Source: an uncultured Kiritimatiellota bacterium
GTDB lineage: Bacteria; Verrucomicrobiota; Kiritimatiellia; RFP12; UBA1067
Direction: 5' to 3'
NCBI GenBank assembly: GCA_934621385.1
Contig: CAKTUI010000005.1
Location: 8,109-72,108 of the forward strand
Length of the DNA stretch: 64,000 nucleotides
Of the stretch, positions 21,704 through 30,765 are shown piece by piece. The notes under the pieces are model-generated. The model saw nothing but the letters and a program-made list of their open reading frames with translations, was not told the DNA's origin and made no database searches. A program made the position numbers and the translations under genes. The first letter of the stretch is position 1, and each line of letters starts with the position of its first letter.

Positions 21704-23140
21704 TTAGATGGACCAACCGCCAATCTTGAAATAGCGGCAAACTTCCGAAACGAGAATCGCGATGACAAAGGTCGGGGCCAAGTAGCGCACCATAAACGAG
21801 TAGAAGTGCTTCGCATTGAAGGTGTGGCCTTCCGCCTCCACCTCGTCAATCACGCACTTCGGCTTCAGCACCCACCCAACGAAGATGCAGGTCGCCGCCG
21901 CGACAATCGGCATCAGCACGGAGTTTGTCACGAAGTCAAAGAAGTCGAGGAACTGCATCTTGAAAATCGTAATGTCCTGCCAAGGGCCATAGCCCAACGC
22001 GGAGAAGGTCGCAAGGAAAAGCGCCAGCGTCCCCGTAAAGAACGTCGCGGCGCGGCGCTCGATATGAAGGACGTCGCAAACGGACGCAACACAAGCCTCG
22101 TAAAGCGAAATTGCCGAGGTCGCCGCCGCAAAGGTGACCAACAGGAAGAACGCCATGCCAATCCACGCACCCGCCACACCCAGCGTTGCGAACACCTTCG
22201 GCAGCGTGATGAACATCAGCCCAGGCCCCGCATTCATCGCCTCCTTCACGGGAACGCCCGTCTTCACGGCGAACATGTAGACGACGGGGATAATCATCAG
22301 GCCGGCGAGAATTGCAATCAGCGTGTCAAAGATTTCAATGCGGCGAACGCAACGCTCAATCGAATCCGACTTGCGCATATAGCTGCCGTAGGTAATCATA
22401 ATGCCCATCGCAAGGGAGAGCGAGTAGAACATCTGCCCCATCGCACCCAGAATCGTCTTGCCGAGCAAGGCCACCGAGAATTCACCATCCGAACCACGCA
22501 GGCAGTCCATATTGGGAATGAGATAGTACCTCAGGCCTTCGCTCGAACCCGGAAGGCAGATGACGTAAATCGAAATGGCGACCGCCATCAGGAAAAGAAT
22601 CGGCATCATCACAAGATTGGACTTCTCGATGCCGTTCTTGACACCCAGGACAATCACGCCCGCACAGGCGAGAATGAAAATCATGCCGTAGCCAAACGAA
22701 GCGAACGGGGAACTGATGAAGCCGGTGAAAAACGCACCCGAATCCGCCGCGCCCGCGCCCATCAGATTCGCACCGGTAAACGCCATCTCGCAATAGGCCT
22801 TGAAGTAATAAAGCACCCATCCACCGATGACGCAGTAGTAGGGCATGATGATGACGGGAATTGCCGTCGCAAGGAATCCGACGAATCCCCACTTGCCGTG
22901 CAGGCGCGAGAACGCCGTCAACTGGGACTGATGGGTATTGCGCCCAATCGCGACCTCCGTCAGCATCAGCGTAAAGCCGAGCGTCACCACAAGTCCAAGA
23001 TAAATGGCAATGAAGGTTCCGCCGCCATACTGCGCCGCCAAATACGGGAAGCGCCAAAGGTTCCCCAGTCCAATGGCCGAAGCCGCCGCCGCAAGAACAA
23101 ACGCCAACTGACCCGACCAACTCGCTCTCTTCTTCTCCAT
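21704..23140 (-). CDS. neurotransmitter:sodium symporter (SNF) family transporter
   Basis: SGQLAFVLAAAASAIGLGNLWRFPYLAAQYGGGTF is the SNF signature. Confidence 0.88.
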   Translation of the reverse strand: MEKKRASWSGQLAFVLAAAASAIGLGNLWRFPYLAAQYGGGTFIAIYLGLVVTLGFTLMLTEVAIGRNTHQSQLTAFSRLHGKWGFVGFLATAIPVIIMPYYCVIGGWVLYYFKAYCEMAFTGANLMGAGAADSGAFFTGFISSPFASFGYGMIFILACAGVIVLGVKNGIEKSNLVMMPILFLMAVAISIYVICLPGSSEGLRYYLIPNMDCLRGSDGEFSVALLGKTILGAMGQMFYSLSLAMGIMITYGSYMRKSDSIERCVRRIEIFDTLIAILAGLMIIPVVYMFAVKTGVPVKEAMNAGPGLMFITLPKVFATLGVAGAWIGMAFFLLVTFAAATSAISLYEACVASVCDVLHIERRAATFFTGTLALFLATFSALGYGPWQDITIFKMQFLDFFDFVTNSVLMPIVAAATCIFVGWVLKPKCVIDEVEAEGHTFNAKHFYSFMVRYLAPTFVIAILVSEVCRYFKIGGWSI

Positions 23141-23255
23141 ATCCTGTATTCCTTCCTGAAATGCGAACCTTCATCAAACGCGAAAAGTCGAAAGGCTCAG
23201 GTGAGCCTCTCGACTTTCGGTTTCATCAACAACCTTTCAACTCTCAGCCTTCGGC

Positions 23256-24737
23256 TTAGAAGTCGTAGAACGCACTGAACTGGAGACGGTTCGCATCGGC
23301 ATCCGTCTTCGAGCCGTTCTCCTCGGCATAGCGCGTCATCAGGCGCGCATACTCAAGCCCGAGCTTGAAGTTGTCAAGAATCCGATAGAACGCCGCGACA
23401 TACGCACGGTCGTTGTAGAGGATGCCGTCCGCATTCCGCGCACAGCCGTCCGACGGATTGTCCATACCGTAGCCAGCCGCAAACGACCACGTGTTGTTAA
23501 GCTCATACGCGAGATCAATGAAGCCACCGACCGTGCGGACTTCCTCACCCCTCTCACCGACGCGGTCAAAGGCAACGCGCTGAGCGCAGCCAGCCTGAAC
23601 GCCCCCGAGGTTCTCACCGGCGTAGAACTGACCCGTCAGCGTGAACTTCTCAAGGAACGGGACCTGCGCCGCGAGCATAATCATCTGCGTGTTGTACTCG
23701 TCGGAGCGACCATCGTAGATGCCATCACCATCCGCATTCCATCCACTCAGACGGCTGCTGCGGTCGCGCCCGTACATACCGCCAAGGCCGATGAGCCAGC
23801 GACGGCCCTCATCCCACGCGGCCTCCTTGTCATAGACGAGCGCACTCTCAAAGATACCCCACGCGGACGCCGTATTGTCCTGAACGCCGTCACCATCGCG
23901 GTCGCCGCCCATGCCCGGGCCGCCCTTCACAAGACCAACGCGCCATTCAAGCGAGCTGTCCTCGAAATCCCACTTCTTCGTCACGCGAATCTGCGGACTG
24001 CGGCGATACGGATGACCGGCGTTCTCCATCCACGCACCGTCAATCTCGCTCGGCGTGACCATCTTCCAGAGATGCCAGGTCTGACCGAAGAGAATCGACC
24101 AGCCGCTCTCATGCTGGGCATCCACATAGAGGTGCCGCCAGTGGAAGTCGTAGGAGTTCTGATCGCCACCCGCGAGGTCGAACTCGGCCTTGCCGGAGAA
24201 CTTCCAGCCGTTGATCGCCTCAGGCGTCGCGAACTGGAGACCAAGGATGGAATCCTGCATCGAAAGCGTCGTGTTGTTCTGGCGGCCCTTGTTCTTCACG
24301 AAATCGGTTGACCAGTCGCAATCCAGCGGACGGTCGGACCAAACGCCTTCGAACACGAGGTTGCCGTAAGGCGTAATCTGAAGGCCGGACTCGCTCAGCG
24401 GCTCAAAGATGCCGGCGAACTTGTCAGCAAGGTAGTACTTCTTGCCGGACTCGGTCGTGTAAATCCGACCCGACTCGCTCACCTCCGTACCCGCCTCCGA
24501 AGCAGGCTTCTCGGCATCTTTCGACTGGCCGGCCAGCGCGGCGGTAGCCCTGGGGGCGGTGCTACGACCCTCCAATTCGGCGATTTTCGCGGCCTGAGCC
24601 TTGTTTTCGGCCTCCAGCTTGGAAATACGCTCAATCAGGGCCTTCAAGTCGTCCTGCGTGACCGCATCCGTCGGGGCGGCCTCAACGGCGGCCACCGTGC
24701 CAATGGCGAACAGCGCCGCCAACATCAGTCTCTTCAT
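23256..24737 (-). CDS. putative porin with N-terminal coiled coil
   Basis: Signal peptide, heptad segment LKALIERISKLEAENKAQAAKIAELE, then a barrel-like region ending LQFSAFYDF. Confidence 0.5.
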   Translation of the reverse strand: MKRLMLAALFAIGTVAAVEAAPTDAVTQDDLKALIERISKLEAENKAQAAKIAELEGRSTAPRATAALAGQSKDAEKPASEAGTEVSESGRIYTTESGKKYYLADKFAGIFEPLSESGLQITPYGNLVFEGVWSDRPLDCDWSTDFVKNKGRQNNTTLSMQDSILGLQFATPEAINGWKFSGKAEFDLAGGDQNSYDFHWRHLYVDAQHESGWSILFGQTWHLWKMVTPSEIDGAWMENAGHPYRRSPQIRVTKKWDFEDSSLEWRVGLVKGGPGMGGDRDGDGVQDNTASAWGIFESALVYDKEAAWDEGRRWLIGLGGMYGRDRSSRLSGWNADGDGIYDGRSDEYNTQMIMLAAQVPFLEKFTLTGQFYAGENLGGVQAGCAQRVAFDRVGERGEEVRTVGGFIDLAYELNNTWSFAAGYGMDNPSDGCARNADGILYNDRAYVAAFYRILDNFKLGLEYARLMTRYAEENGSKTDADANRLQFSAFYDF

Positions 24738-24767
24738 GCCTTTTTCACTCCTTACTTTAGTTAGAGT

Positions 24768-26480
24768 TCAAGATTCGTGAATTATACCATTTTTTGCCGC
24801 GCTCTGGCAACCGCCCGCTCGTGGGCTCGCGCGAAAGGAACCGAATAAATCGGCTTGATAATGATAGGCTGGCTGTCGCGAAGTCGTCTCTTGAATAACG
24901 GTATCAACAATGGTATCTATCTTCTCACGATCGTTTGACTCATACGCACTTACGAGTTTTTCGACATCGCCATCGCTCAAGCTACTCCATGCAGGAATAT
25001 GCACATTACGAAGATTCTGCGCCTGATAGCGAATACTGCCACCACGCATTTGGACAGAGATGTTGCGGATTTGTGAAGTTACGAAAGAACTGCGCAAAAG
25101 AACGCACAGAGCTTTCAGATTCCACTTTGTCGATGTAATCCAATAGACATTGTGATGCGGATAATATGAGCCGCGCTCGTCCAAAGCAACATTGCCGCCG
25201 AACTGAATGTCGGGAATGAGAATCTTGGGACTACGCAACAGTGAATATTTCACGCGGTCTAGGGTCCGATACCAGTCTTGCGGGTGCTTTCGCGCACAAT
25301 ATCGCGCCTTGAGTTTTGTGGCGTGAGAATCAAAATACGCGGCGGTCAGCGGGTATCGCGCAAGATTGCGCATCTGCCTGTCATCGTCATCATCGTATGG
25401 ATTGAGCAGATACCGTTCATCCCATGTGATACACCCGTTGTGTATGTCTTCCGAGGCGACCAGCGGCAAAAGACAACTCGACTCGATGCTCGTGTTGCGC
25501 TGCGCATTGACATAAATGTCATCTGCACCAGAGGCGATGCCAATTCCGATCTCCGTTCCCTCTGCCGACTTCGTGATCGTAGGAAAGGTCTTGGCGATTT
25601 TGTCAGCCGTTTCTCGTTCCTGGCAGTCGGTCGAGATCCACGGCGAATCACCATTGTACCATCGTTGAAAAACGCTCAGCACGTTGTTCGGCATATCCAT
25701 TCGCACCTGATTAAGCGTGGCAACGCTGGCATCATCGATCGTCGATGAATATGTTTCATGGTCGCGATGATGATCGATGATGTAAATTGCCGGATAGGCC
25801 GATACTTTCTCGACAAAAGGCTGAGAATGTTCCATGTTGAGATACAGCGCAACATGATACTTATCGGCAATCAGACGGCGGAGTTTCCGACCATAACTAC
25901 TCTTGGTAAACCGATTGGTACAAATAAACGAGAATACGCCCCTATTGGAGAGCAGAGCCAGCGACTTTTCAAAAAATGGAACATAGATGTCGCACCGTTC
26001 GGCAAACGACAGGAACAAATCACGATACTCTTTCTGTTTCGCGGCAGAAATGTCATCAAATCTGATGTAAGGCGGATTACCAATGACTATGTCAAATTTC
26101 TCTTTGAAGTCCTGTAAAAGAAAATCCCCGCAGACCAGCCACTTTGAAAGAAGCGTATGGGTTCGGGCCCTTGTACAACCAGAAGCCGTAAGCCGTTTGC
26201 TAACGGCTTTGCGCAATTTCTCAATGTTGATAGTCGAAATATCACACGCCCGTAAGAACGATTCGGCGTCAGCAGAAGCAAAGTCTGGCTTTTCGGAGAG
26301 CCATGCCTCGATAAGCGGCAAAACAAACGCACCATCACCACAACTCGGCTCTAACACACGCAAACCAGCAAGCAATTTGAATTTACCGCAGTGTAGAACA
26401 CTGTCCAACATATAGGCAACAACTTCTGGTCGGGTAAACACCTCGCCAGTTACTTCGCCTTGCTGTTCCTCTTTTTTCAT
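24768..26480 (-). CDS. gamma-class N6-adenine DNA methyltransferase (Eco57I/TaqI-like type II M subunit)
   Basis: Motif I LEPSCGDGAF and motif IV VIGNPPYIRF in gamma order, plus a long C-terminal target-recognition region. Lower GC than the flanks. Confidence 0.85.
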   Translation of the reverse strand: MKKEEQQGEVTGEVFTRPEVVAYMLDSVLHCGKFKLLAGLRVLEPSCGDGAFVLPLIEAWLSEKPDFASADAESFLRACDISTINIEKLRKAVSKRLTASGCTRARTHTLLSKWLVCGDFLLQDFKEKFDIVIGNPPYIRFDDISAAKQKEYRDLFLSFAERCDIYVPFFEKSLALLSNRGVFSFICTNRFTKSSYGRKLRRLIADKYHVALYLNMEHSQPFVEKVSAYPAIYIIDHHRDHETYSSTIDDASVATLNQVRMDMPNNVLSVFQRWYNGDSPWISTDCQERETADKIAKTFPTITKSAEGTEIGIGIASGADDIYVNAQRNTSIESSCLLPLVASEDIHNGCITWDERYLLNPYDDDDDRQMRNLARYPLTAAYFDSHATKLKARYCARKHPQDWYRTLDRVKYSLLRSPKILIPDIQFGGNVALDERGSYYPHHNVYWITSTKWNLKALCVLLRSSFVTSQIRNISVQMRGGSIRYQAQNLRNVHIPAWSSLSDGDVEKLVSAYESNDREKIDTIVDTVIQETTSRQPAYHYQADLFGSFRASPRAGGCQSAAKNGIIHES

Positions 26481-26619
26481 GCCTGAATCCGAGAAGCGAG
26501 GTGCAGATAGAGGGACTTGAAGAATGCATAGGCCGTCACATTCGGTCCGCCATCGCGAATCCCCGTTCCATTCTTGCTTGAGAACACCAACGCTGTCGAT
26601 GTGTAATCACGCTCAAGCA

Positions 26620-27204
26620 TCAGTCGTTCGCAAGGATCTCATATCGTTTTTGGTAACTCGTCCCATTGAAAATCGGGAACGGTGGCAATGGACTCTTCGT
26701 CAGCGCGACGGGATGTGTGGAAGCCTCGGAATCTTCAAGAAAGAAGAAATACCCCAGCCACGAAGCTTCTCCGGCTCCAAACGCCTTCTCGCGATAAGCG
26801 GTCCAGAAGTCACGAGAAACGCCGACAACCTCTTCCGATCGATTGTTGAAATTGTTGCCGAAACTGCCGCTCTGCGACTTCAGTTCGATTGCTGCCAGCA
26901 ACTTGCCCTCATGCAAGAATATGACATCCCAGTTCTTTTGCGGCCTGTAATAACCAGGCAATGGAATCGAAGTGTTAAAATAGATATCCTCTTTGCTACA
27001 CCCTGCTTTTACTCCAATTTCCTGAACTAATTTGGCAAATCCATCAAGATGCTTGCCACCTGTCACCTGACCGCGCGTGCCGGCATCTTGCGCACCACTC
27101 TTCTTCTGTTTTCGTGCTTGTTCACGACGCGTTTTCCAATAGAATGCCGCCGCCTTTGCGACTTTGGCCGTGATTTCTTCTCTTGTATACGGGAACATTG
27201 TCAC
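26620..27204 (-). CDS. type II restriction endonuclease candidate (PD-(D/E)XK; XhoI/PaeR7I-like is a recollection-level guess)
   Basis: 194 aa with WDVIFLHEGKLLAAIELKSQ (a D...ELK catalytic-type motif). GTGA overlap with the upstream HTH gene, and it sits next to the methyltransferase. Confidence 0.55.
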   Translation of the reverse strand: MTMFPYTREEITAKVAKAAAFYWKTRREQARKQKKSGAQDAGTRGQVTGGKHLDGFAKLVQEIGVKAGCSKEDIYFNTSIPLPGYYRPQKNWDVIFLHEGKLLAAIELKSQSGSFGNNFNNRSEEVVGVSRDFWTAYREKAFGAGEASWLGYFFFLEDSEASTHPVALTKSPLPPFPIFNGTSYQKRYEILAND

Positions 27205-27440
27205 ATCACCTCCCCGTCAACTCTAATTTCAAGGATATCGCCAACATCACACTTCATTACTTCACAAATGCGCTTTAGCATGGATGTGCTAACATCTTTT
27301 CCGTTCACCAGTTCGGCGAGAGTAAACGGCGAGAGGCCGGTCACACGACGTAAATCGGCCTTATTTATGTCCTTATCAATCAACAACTTCCAAAGCTTCT
27401 TATAATAAGATACGCACATTATTAGAAATAAGCCTCCCAT
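27201..27440 (-). CDS. XRE-type HTH protein, probable R-M controller (C) protein
   Basis: KADLRRVTGLSPFTLAELVNGKDVSTSMLKRICEVMKC is a Cro/C1 HTH. It is the first gene of the C-R pair. An alternative start is ATG 27419. Confidence 0.6.
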   Translation of the reverse strand: MGGLFLIMCVSYYKKLWKLLIDKDINKADLRRVTGLSPFTLAELVNGKDVSTSMLKRICEVMKCDVGDILEIRVDGEVM

Positions 27441-27964
27441 CAGGAGACGGCGTGTATTATACTAAAATAAGGCATTTATATACAAATCGAATTTAATGGG
27501 ACCGCAGTTCCGCTGTTTGCCATAATAACGGACACTCTCAATAAAGGCAGGTTGTCTCTGCCTGCCGTACTTCAAGGCCGAGTCCGAACGCTGGGTGGAG
27601 GAGAAGAACCAGCCTGCGGGAAGGCTGCTCTTCGGCGAAGTCAGGCTGGACTGCCCGGCCCTGCAGGACGGGCTTGCCAGGCCGTGCGACGACTGGTCGG
27701 ACTTCAGAAACTTCTTCCGCCCCTGCAAGATGCTCGTCGAGAAGAGGAAACGCGACGGCGGGAACAACTCCGCGTTGGATGCCTGCCGTCACCAACGGCA
27801 GCCTCCAGCGGACCGAGCACACAAATTCGCGGCAGATCCACACGGAATGCCGCGCACACAGGAGAAGTAACGGGCAAGAGCGTCCGCTTCTCCCCTGCAC
27901 GCTCGCCCGTCCTCGGGCGTAGGCAAGACACACCCTGCGCGGCAAAAAGTGCCGCGTCCACGAA

Positions 27965-28001
27965 GTCGGACGGGATTCTCTCCCGTCCGACGCTTCTTTT
28001 T
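27965..28001 (+). terminator. plus-strand intrinsic terminator-like hairpin in coding-free tract
   Basis: GTCGGACGGGA-ttctc-TCCCGTCCGAC followed by gcttcttttt. Confidence 0.5.
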
Positions 28002-28264
28002 GGACGAAAAACGGCGAAAAACAAGCACAAAACGGCCCCAAAGGTCGCGCAACCTTCGGTGCAAGGTCTGCAGACCTTTTGCCGCGTCGCCGGCCTGAAA
28101 ACCACCCTCGCGGCAGGTTGAATGCGCCGTGGTCCTTCTGGGGGATGTTGGGAAACGGGAAAAAGGCGGACTTAGGCCGGATTAGGCCGGATTTACTGGG
28201 GTGAAGCCCACATTGACGGGGAAAAACGCCGCGTTGGTCATTTTGAGAAAAAGTCGCCCGAAAA

Positions 28265-28269
28265 CAGCC
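28265..28269. repeat. target-site duplication copy CAGCC (low-coordinate side)
   Basis: Identical pentamer at 53658-53662, immediately outside the other prophage terminus. Confidence 0.75.
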
Positions 28270-28293
28270 TGTTTCAAGTCGAGATGAGAAAAA
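28270..28293 (+). repeat. prophage terminal repeat (distal, tail-gene end): TGTTTCAAGTCGAGATGAGAAAAA
   Basis: 28273-28293 is the exact reverse complement of 53611-53631. Confidence 0.85.
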
Positions 28294-28317
28294 TAAATAC
28301 CCCCACTGAAGCGTCCT

Positions 28318-28995
28318 TCATCCCCCGTTCAAGGGGCCTTGAACGGGCCGTCGGGCGAGAATCTGCCGCACGGCGGCACTGACCGCCGACATGGCCGCAC
28401 GGGACTGGACCCCGTGCGCCGGCATGGCGTTCGGATCGCGCCTCGTCCTCGCCTTGTGGACGAGCCAGTAGGCGACCCCGCCCGCCGCGATGAGGGACGG
28501 GAGTGCGTTCCCGTCCGGCGTCCTTGAGAAGGCGAAGCGGAGTCCGCCCGGGAAGTCCCGGGGGCGGCCGTCCCAGGCCGCGGCGGTCGGGTTCGCCGGG
28601 ATGGCGAGGTAGCGCCTGCCCCCCTTCGGACGGATTTCGGGCGGGTTGGCGGCGAGCTTGTGCGCGAGGGCCGGGGAGTTGATCGACACCCGTCCGACGA
28701 GGCGGGCCGGGGAGGAGAGGGTGACGCGTATCCTGTCGGCCACGGAGTCGCCGCGTGTCCCGTACCAGAAGTGGCGCTTCGGGTAGGCCTGCCCGAAGCA
28801 CGGGAAGCCGGACGACTTCGGGGACTCCCTTTCGCGCATCGCGAAGTGGCGGCGGAGCGCGTTGACGAGCCCGGCGTTCGCCGCCTCGATGAGGGTCTTG
28901 CGGGCGGACGGCTCCTCGAACCTTCGGAACGACCTCTCGGCCCCCTTCCTGGAGGCCTCGAAGGCCCGCAGGTCGAACTTGACGGAATCAATCAT
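28318..28995 (-). CDS. hypothetical protein, last gene before the prophage end
   Basis: 225 aa with a balanced composition, unlike the two overlapping R/P-rich frames. It has its own RBS (aggaaaggaaa) and a 100-bp upstream gap. No family recognised. Confidence 0.5.
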   Translation of the reverse strand: MIDSVKFDLRAFEASRKGAERSFRRFEEPSARKTLIEAANAGLVNALRRHFAMRERESPKSSGFPCFGQAYPKRHFWYGTRGDSVADRIRVTLSSPARLVGRVSINSPALAHKLAANPPEIRPKGGRRYLAIPANPTAAAWDGRPRDFPGGLRFAFSRTPDGNALPSLIAAGGVAYWLVHKARTRRDPNAMPAHGVQSRAAMSAVSAAVRQILARRPVQGPLNGG

Positions 28996-29023
28996 GGGCG
29001 GTTTCCTTTCCTATTGTGGAATA

Positions 29024-29032
29024 TGGTATAAT
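29024..29032 (+). promoter_or_regulatory. extended -10 element TGGTATAAT on the plus strand (antisense to phage genes)
   Basis: Read directly. The same TGGTATAMT form precedes host genes at 436-444(-), 5347-5355(+) and 13397-13405(+), and the phage repressor at 53068-53076(+). Confidence 0.4.
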
Positions 29033-29053
29033 AGCGGTCGCCCGCCGGGCCTT

Positions 29054-29091
29054 CCGTGACATGTCCCGGTTTTCCGGATGCCATGTCACGG
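29054..29091. promoter_or_regulatory. dyad CCGTGACATG-18 nt-CATGTCACGG with an inner CCGG-TTTT-CCGG hairpin
   Basis: Read directly in the gap between the last two prophage genes. A third ATGTCAC follows at 29094-29100. Confidence 0.6.
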
Positions 29092-29095
29092 TATG

Positions 29096-30292
29096 TCACT
29101 CGGCGGGTGCCTTGTTCTTGAAGAGGGTGACGAGGTATGGGGAGTTCTTGATGTCGACGACCATCTTGTAGACGCCCCCGTCGAGGGCCGTCTGCTCAAG
29201 GAGGATTCTGATCCTGCTTGACGTTCCGGTGCGTACCGCATCCGGTTCGCGCCAGATGGACGGGATGCGTTCAAGGTCCTCGACCGTCAGAGGTATGTTC
29301 CTCGGGTCGGACTCAAGCGGATAGAAATGGGCGCGGTGGTCCGTCCCGTCCTTCCGTTTATTGTCAAGCCATGTCTGAGTGACGGTGAGTTGCTTTCCCG
29401 CGAGCGCCTGTGCGGGGATGGACTCCGGGAGTTTGTCCAGCAACGCCCCGGATGCCTCGCCGAGGCGGATAGTGAACGGCTTATTGGACGTGAAGGCCTC
29501 GCGGATGAGGTCGTTCCGCCAGGCGATTTTCCCGTCCTTCTGGCGGATCTGGTCGCCGAACGCCCTTCGCAGGGCCTGCCAGGCCCCGTCGTTCCTGAAG
29601 GCGACCTCGGCCTGGAGGCCGTCGTTGAAGGCGTCGAGTGGGGACTCCTCCGGTGGCCTGTAGTCGTCCGTGATGAGGCCGAGTTCGACGGCCTCGTCGC
29701 GGGAGACGTCCTCGACGCCCATGCCGGAGTTGAAGTCGAAGGGCGGGTAGGGGTGGCCGAAGCGCGAGATGCGCAGCCAGACGGGGTCGTCCTTGAGGGC
29801 GACCATGCGGCCCCGGTGGAGGGTGCCGCCCCTGGCCTGCCAGATGGCTGGCCAGGGGCGGGGGAGCCTGCGCGGCTCGACGCGGACGAGTTCCTGGGCG
29901 GGGAAGGCGAGCCGTGCGCCGTAGGCGTTGGCGATTTCGGCGCGTGCGTAGCCTGCGGCCATGGCGGCGTTGGTGTCGACGATGAGCGCGGCGCGTGCGG
30001 CGCTCCCCGGGTCGAGGAGTCCGCCGCGCCCGGTGGCGATGCCGGACCTGCGTGCGGCGCGCATGATGTCGGAGACGGCCTGGGCGCGGGAGGTGACGGC
30101 CCCGTCGGCGTTCTTGGCGGCGGCGAGGAGCTCGGCGATGCGGGTGCGGCAGGCGTCGAGGAATCGGACGGACTCGACGCGGGAGGAGAAGAATGCGCGG
30201 TCGCGGAGCGCGGCTGGGATCCGCGCCCACTCCCCGGAGGGGAGGCCGGAGGCGGTGAGGTTGCGGAGGAGGAGGGTTTCTTCTGGGGTCAT
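29096..30292 (-). CDS. virion-associated protein, possibly a MuF-like minor head domain with a C-terminal extension of about 150 aa
   Basis: Start at ATG 30292 (ATGA overlap with the upstream gene). The segment MVALKDDPVWLRISRFGHPYPPFDFNSGMG recalls the PPxHxNCRC region of the MuF/SPP1 gp7 family, but without the Cys/His residues. Confidence 0.4.
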   Translation of the reverse strand: MTPEETLLLRNLTASGLPSGEWARIPAALRDRAFFSSRVESVRFLDACRTRIAELLAAAKNADGAVTSRAQAVSDIMRAARRSGIATGRGGLLDPGSAARAALIVDTNAAMAAGYARAEIANAYGARLAFPAQELVRVEPRRLPRPWPAIWQARGGTLHRGRMVALKDDPVWLRISRFGHPYPPFDFNSGMGVEDVSRDEAVELGLITDDYRPPEESPLDAFNDGLQAEVAFRNDGAWQALRRAFGDQIRQKDGKIAWRNDLIREAFTSNKPFTIRLGEASGALLDKLPESIPAQALAGKQLTVTQTWLDNKRKDGTDHRAHFYPLESDPRNIPLTVEDLERIPSIWREPDAVRTGTSSRIRILLEQTALDGGVYKMVVDIKNSPYLVTLFKNKAPAE

Positions 30293-30765
30293 GGCGTCTT
30301 CCCTTCTGTGATGGACGAGCCGTCGGCGGAGACGGTGAACCACCGCTCCTGCTCGGCCTCGGTGGATTCGGCGGAGAACCCGCCGGCCGGCCGGCCGTTG
30401 AGCGAGAGGGCGACCTCGACGGACGCGCCGCCCGCGAGGTTGCCGGCGTAGAACGTGCGCCACTTCACGCGGAAGGACCGGCCGTGGGCGGCCCTCGCCT
30501 CGATGGAGTAGGCGTAGACGTAGCCCTGCGCGTCCTTCGTGGCGGAGGTGGAGACGTGGGTGAGGCCCTTGCCGTCGTAGTCGCCGACCCAGGCTCCGTG
30601 GAGGAGTTCGGCGAACTGGTCCGGCTCGTCGTTGTGGGTCGGCGAGAAGGTTGCGGCGACGGTGAGCGTGACGGCGGAGCGGTCGCCCCTGTAGACGAGT
30701 CGGCCGTCGCCGGTCCTGAACGCGAGGCGGCCGTCGCCGCGCCTGTAGACGAGCTCGCCGCTCAT
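30289..30765 (-). CDS. hypothetical structural-module protein
   Basis: 158 aa, coupled by overlapping stop/start codons to both neighbours. Confidence 0.45.
   Translation of the reverse strand: MSGELVYRRGDGRLAFRTGDGRLVYRGDRSAVTLTVAATFSPTHNDEPDQFAELLHGAWVGDYDGKGLTHVSTSATKDAQGYVYAYSIEARAAHGRSFRVKWRTFYAGNLAGGASVEVALSLNGRPAGGFSAESTEAEQERWFTVSADGSSITEGKTP

Noticed and set aside
27595-27870. 91-aa GTG-initiated ORF upstream of the plus-strand terminator as a small protein gene.
   Set aside because: There is no Shine-Dalgarno sequence and no ATG, and the composition is unremarkable with no recognisable domain. It is kept only as a possible transcript in the finding on the coding-free tract.
28000-28269. 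GAGAAAAA / GGGAAAAA motifs outside the prophage end as additional transposase sites or a more distal true end.
   Set aside because: Only the A-rich half of the site matches. Similar GAAAAAC motifs continue on the other flank (53673, 53707), so they belong to the host tract. The CAGCC duplication and the aligned termini fix the end at 28270.
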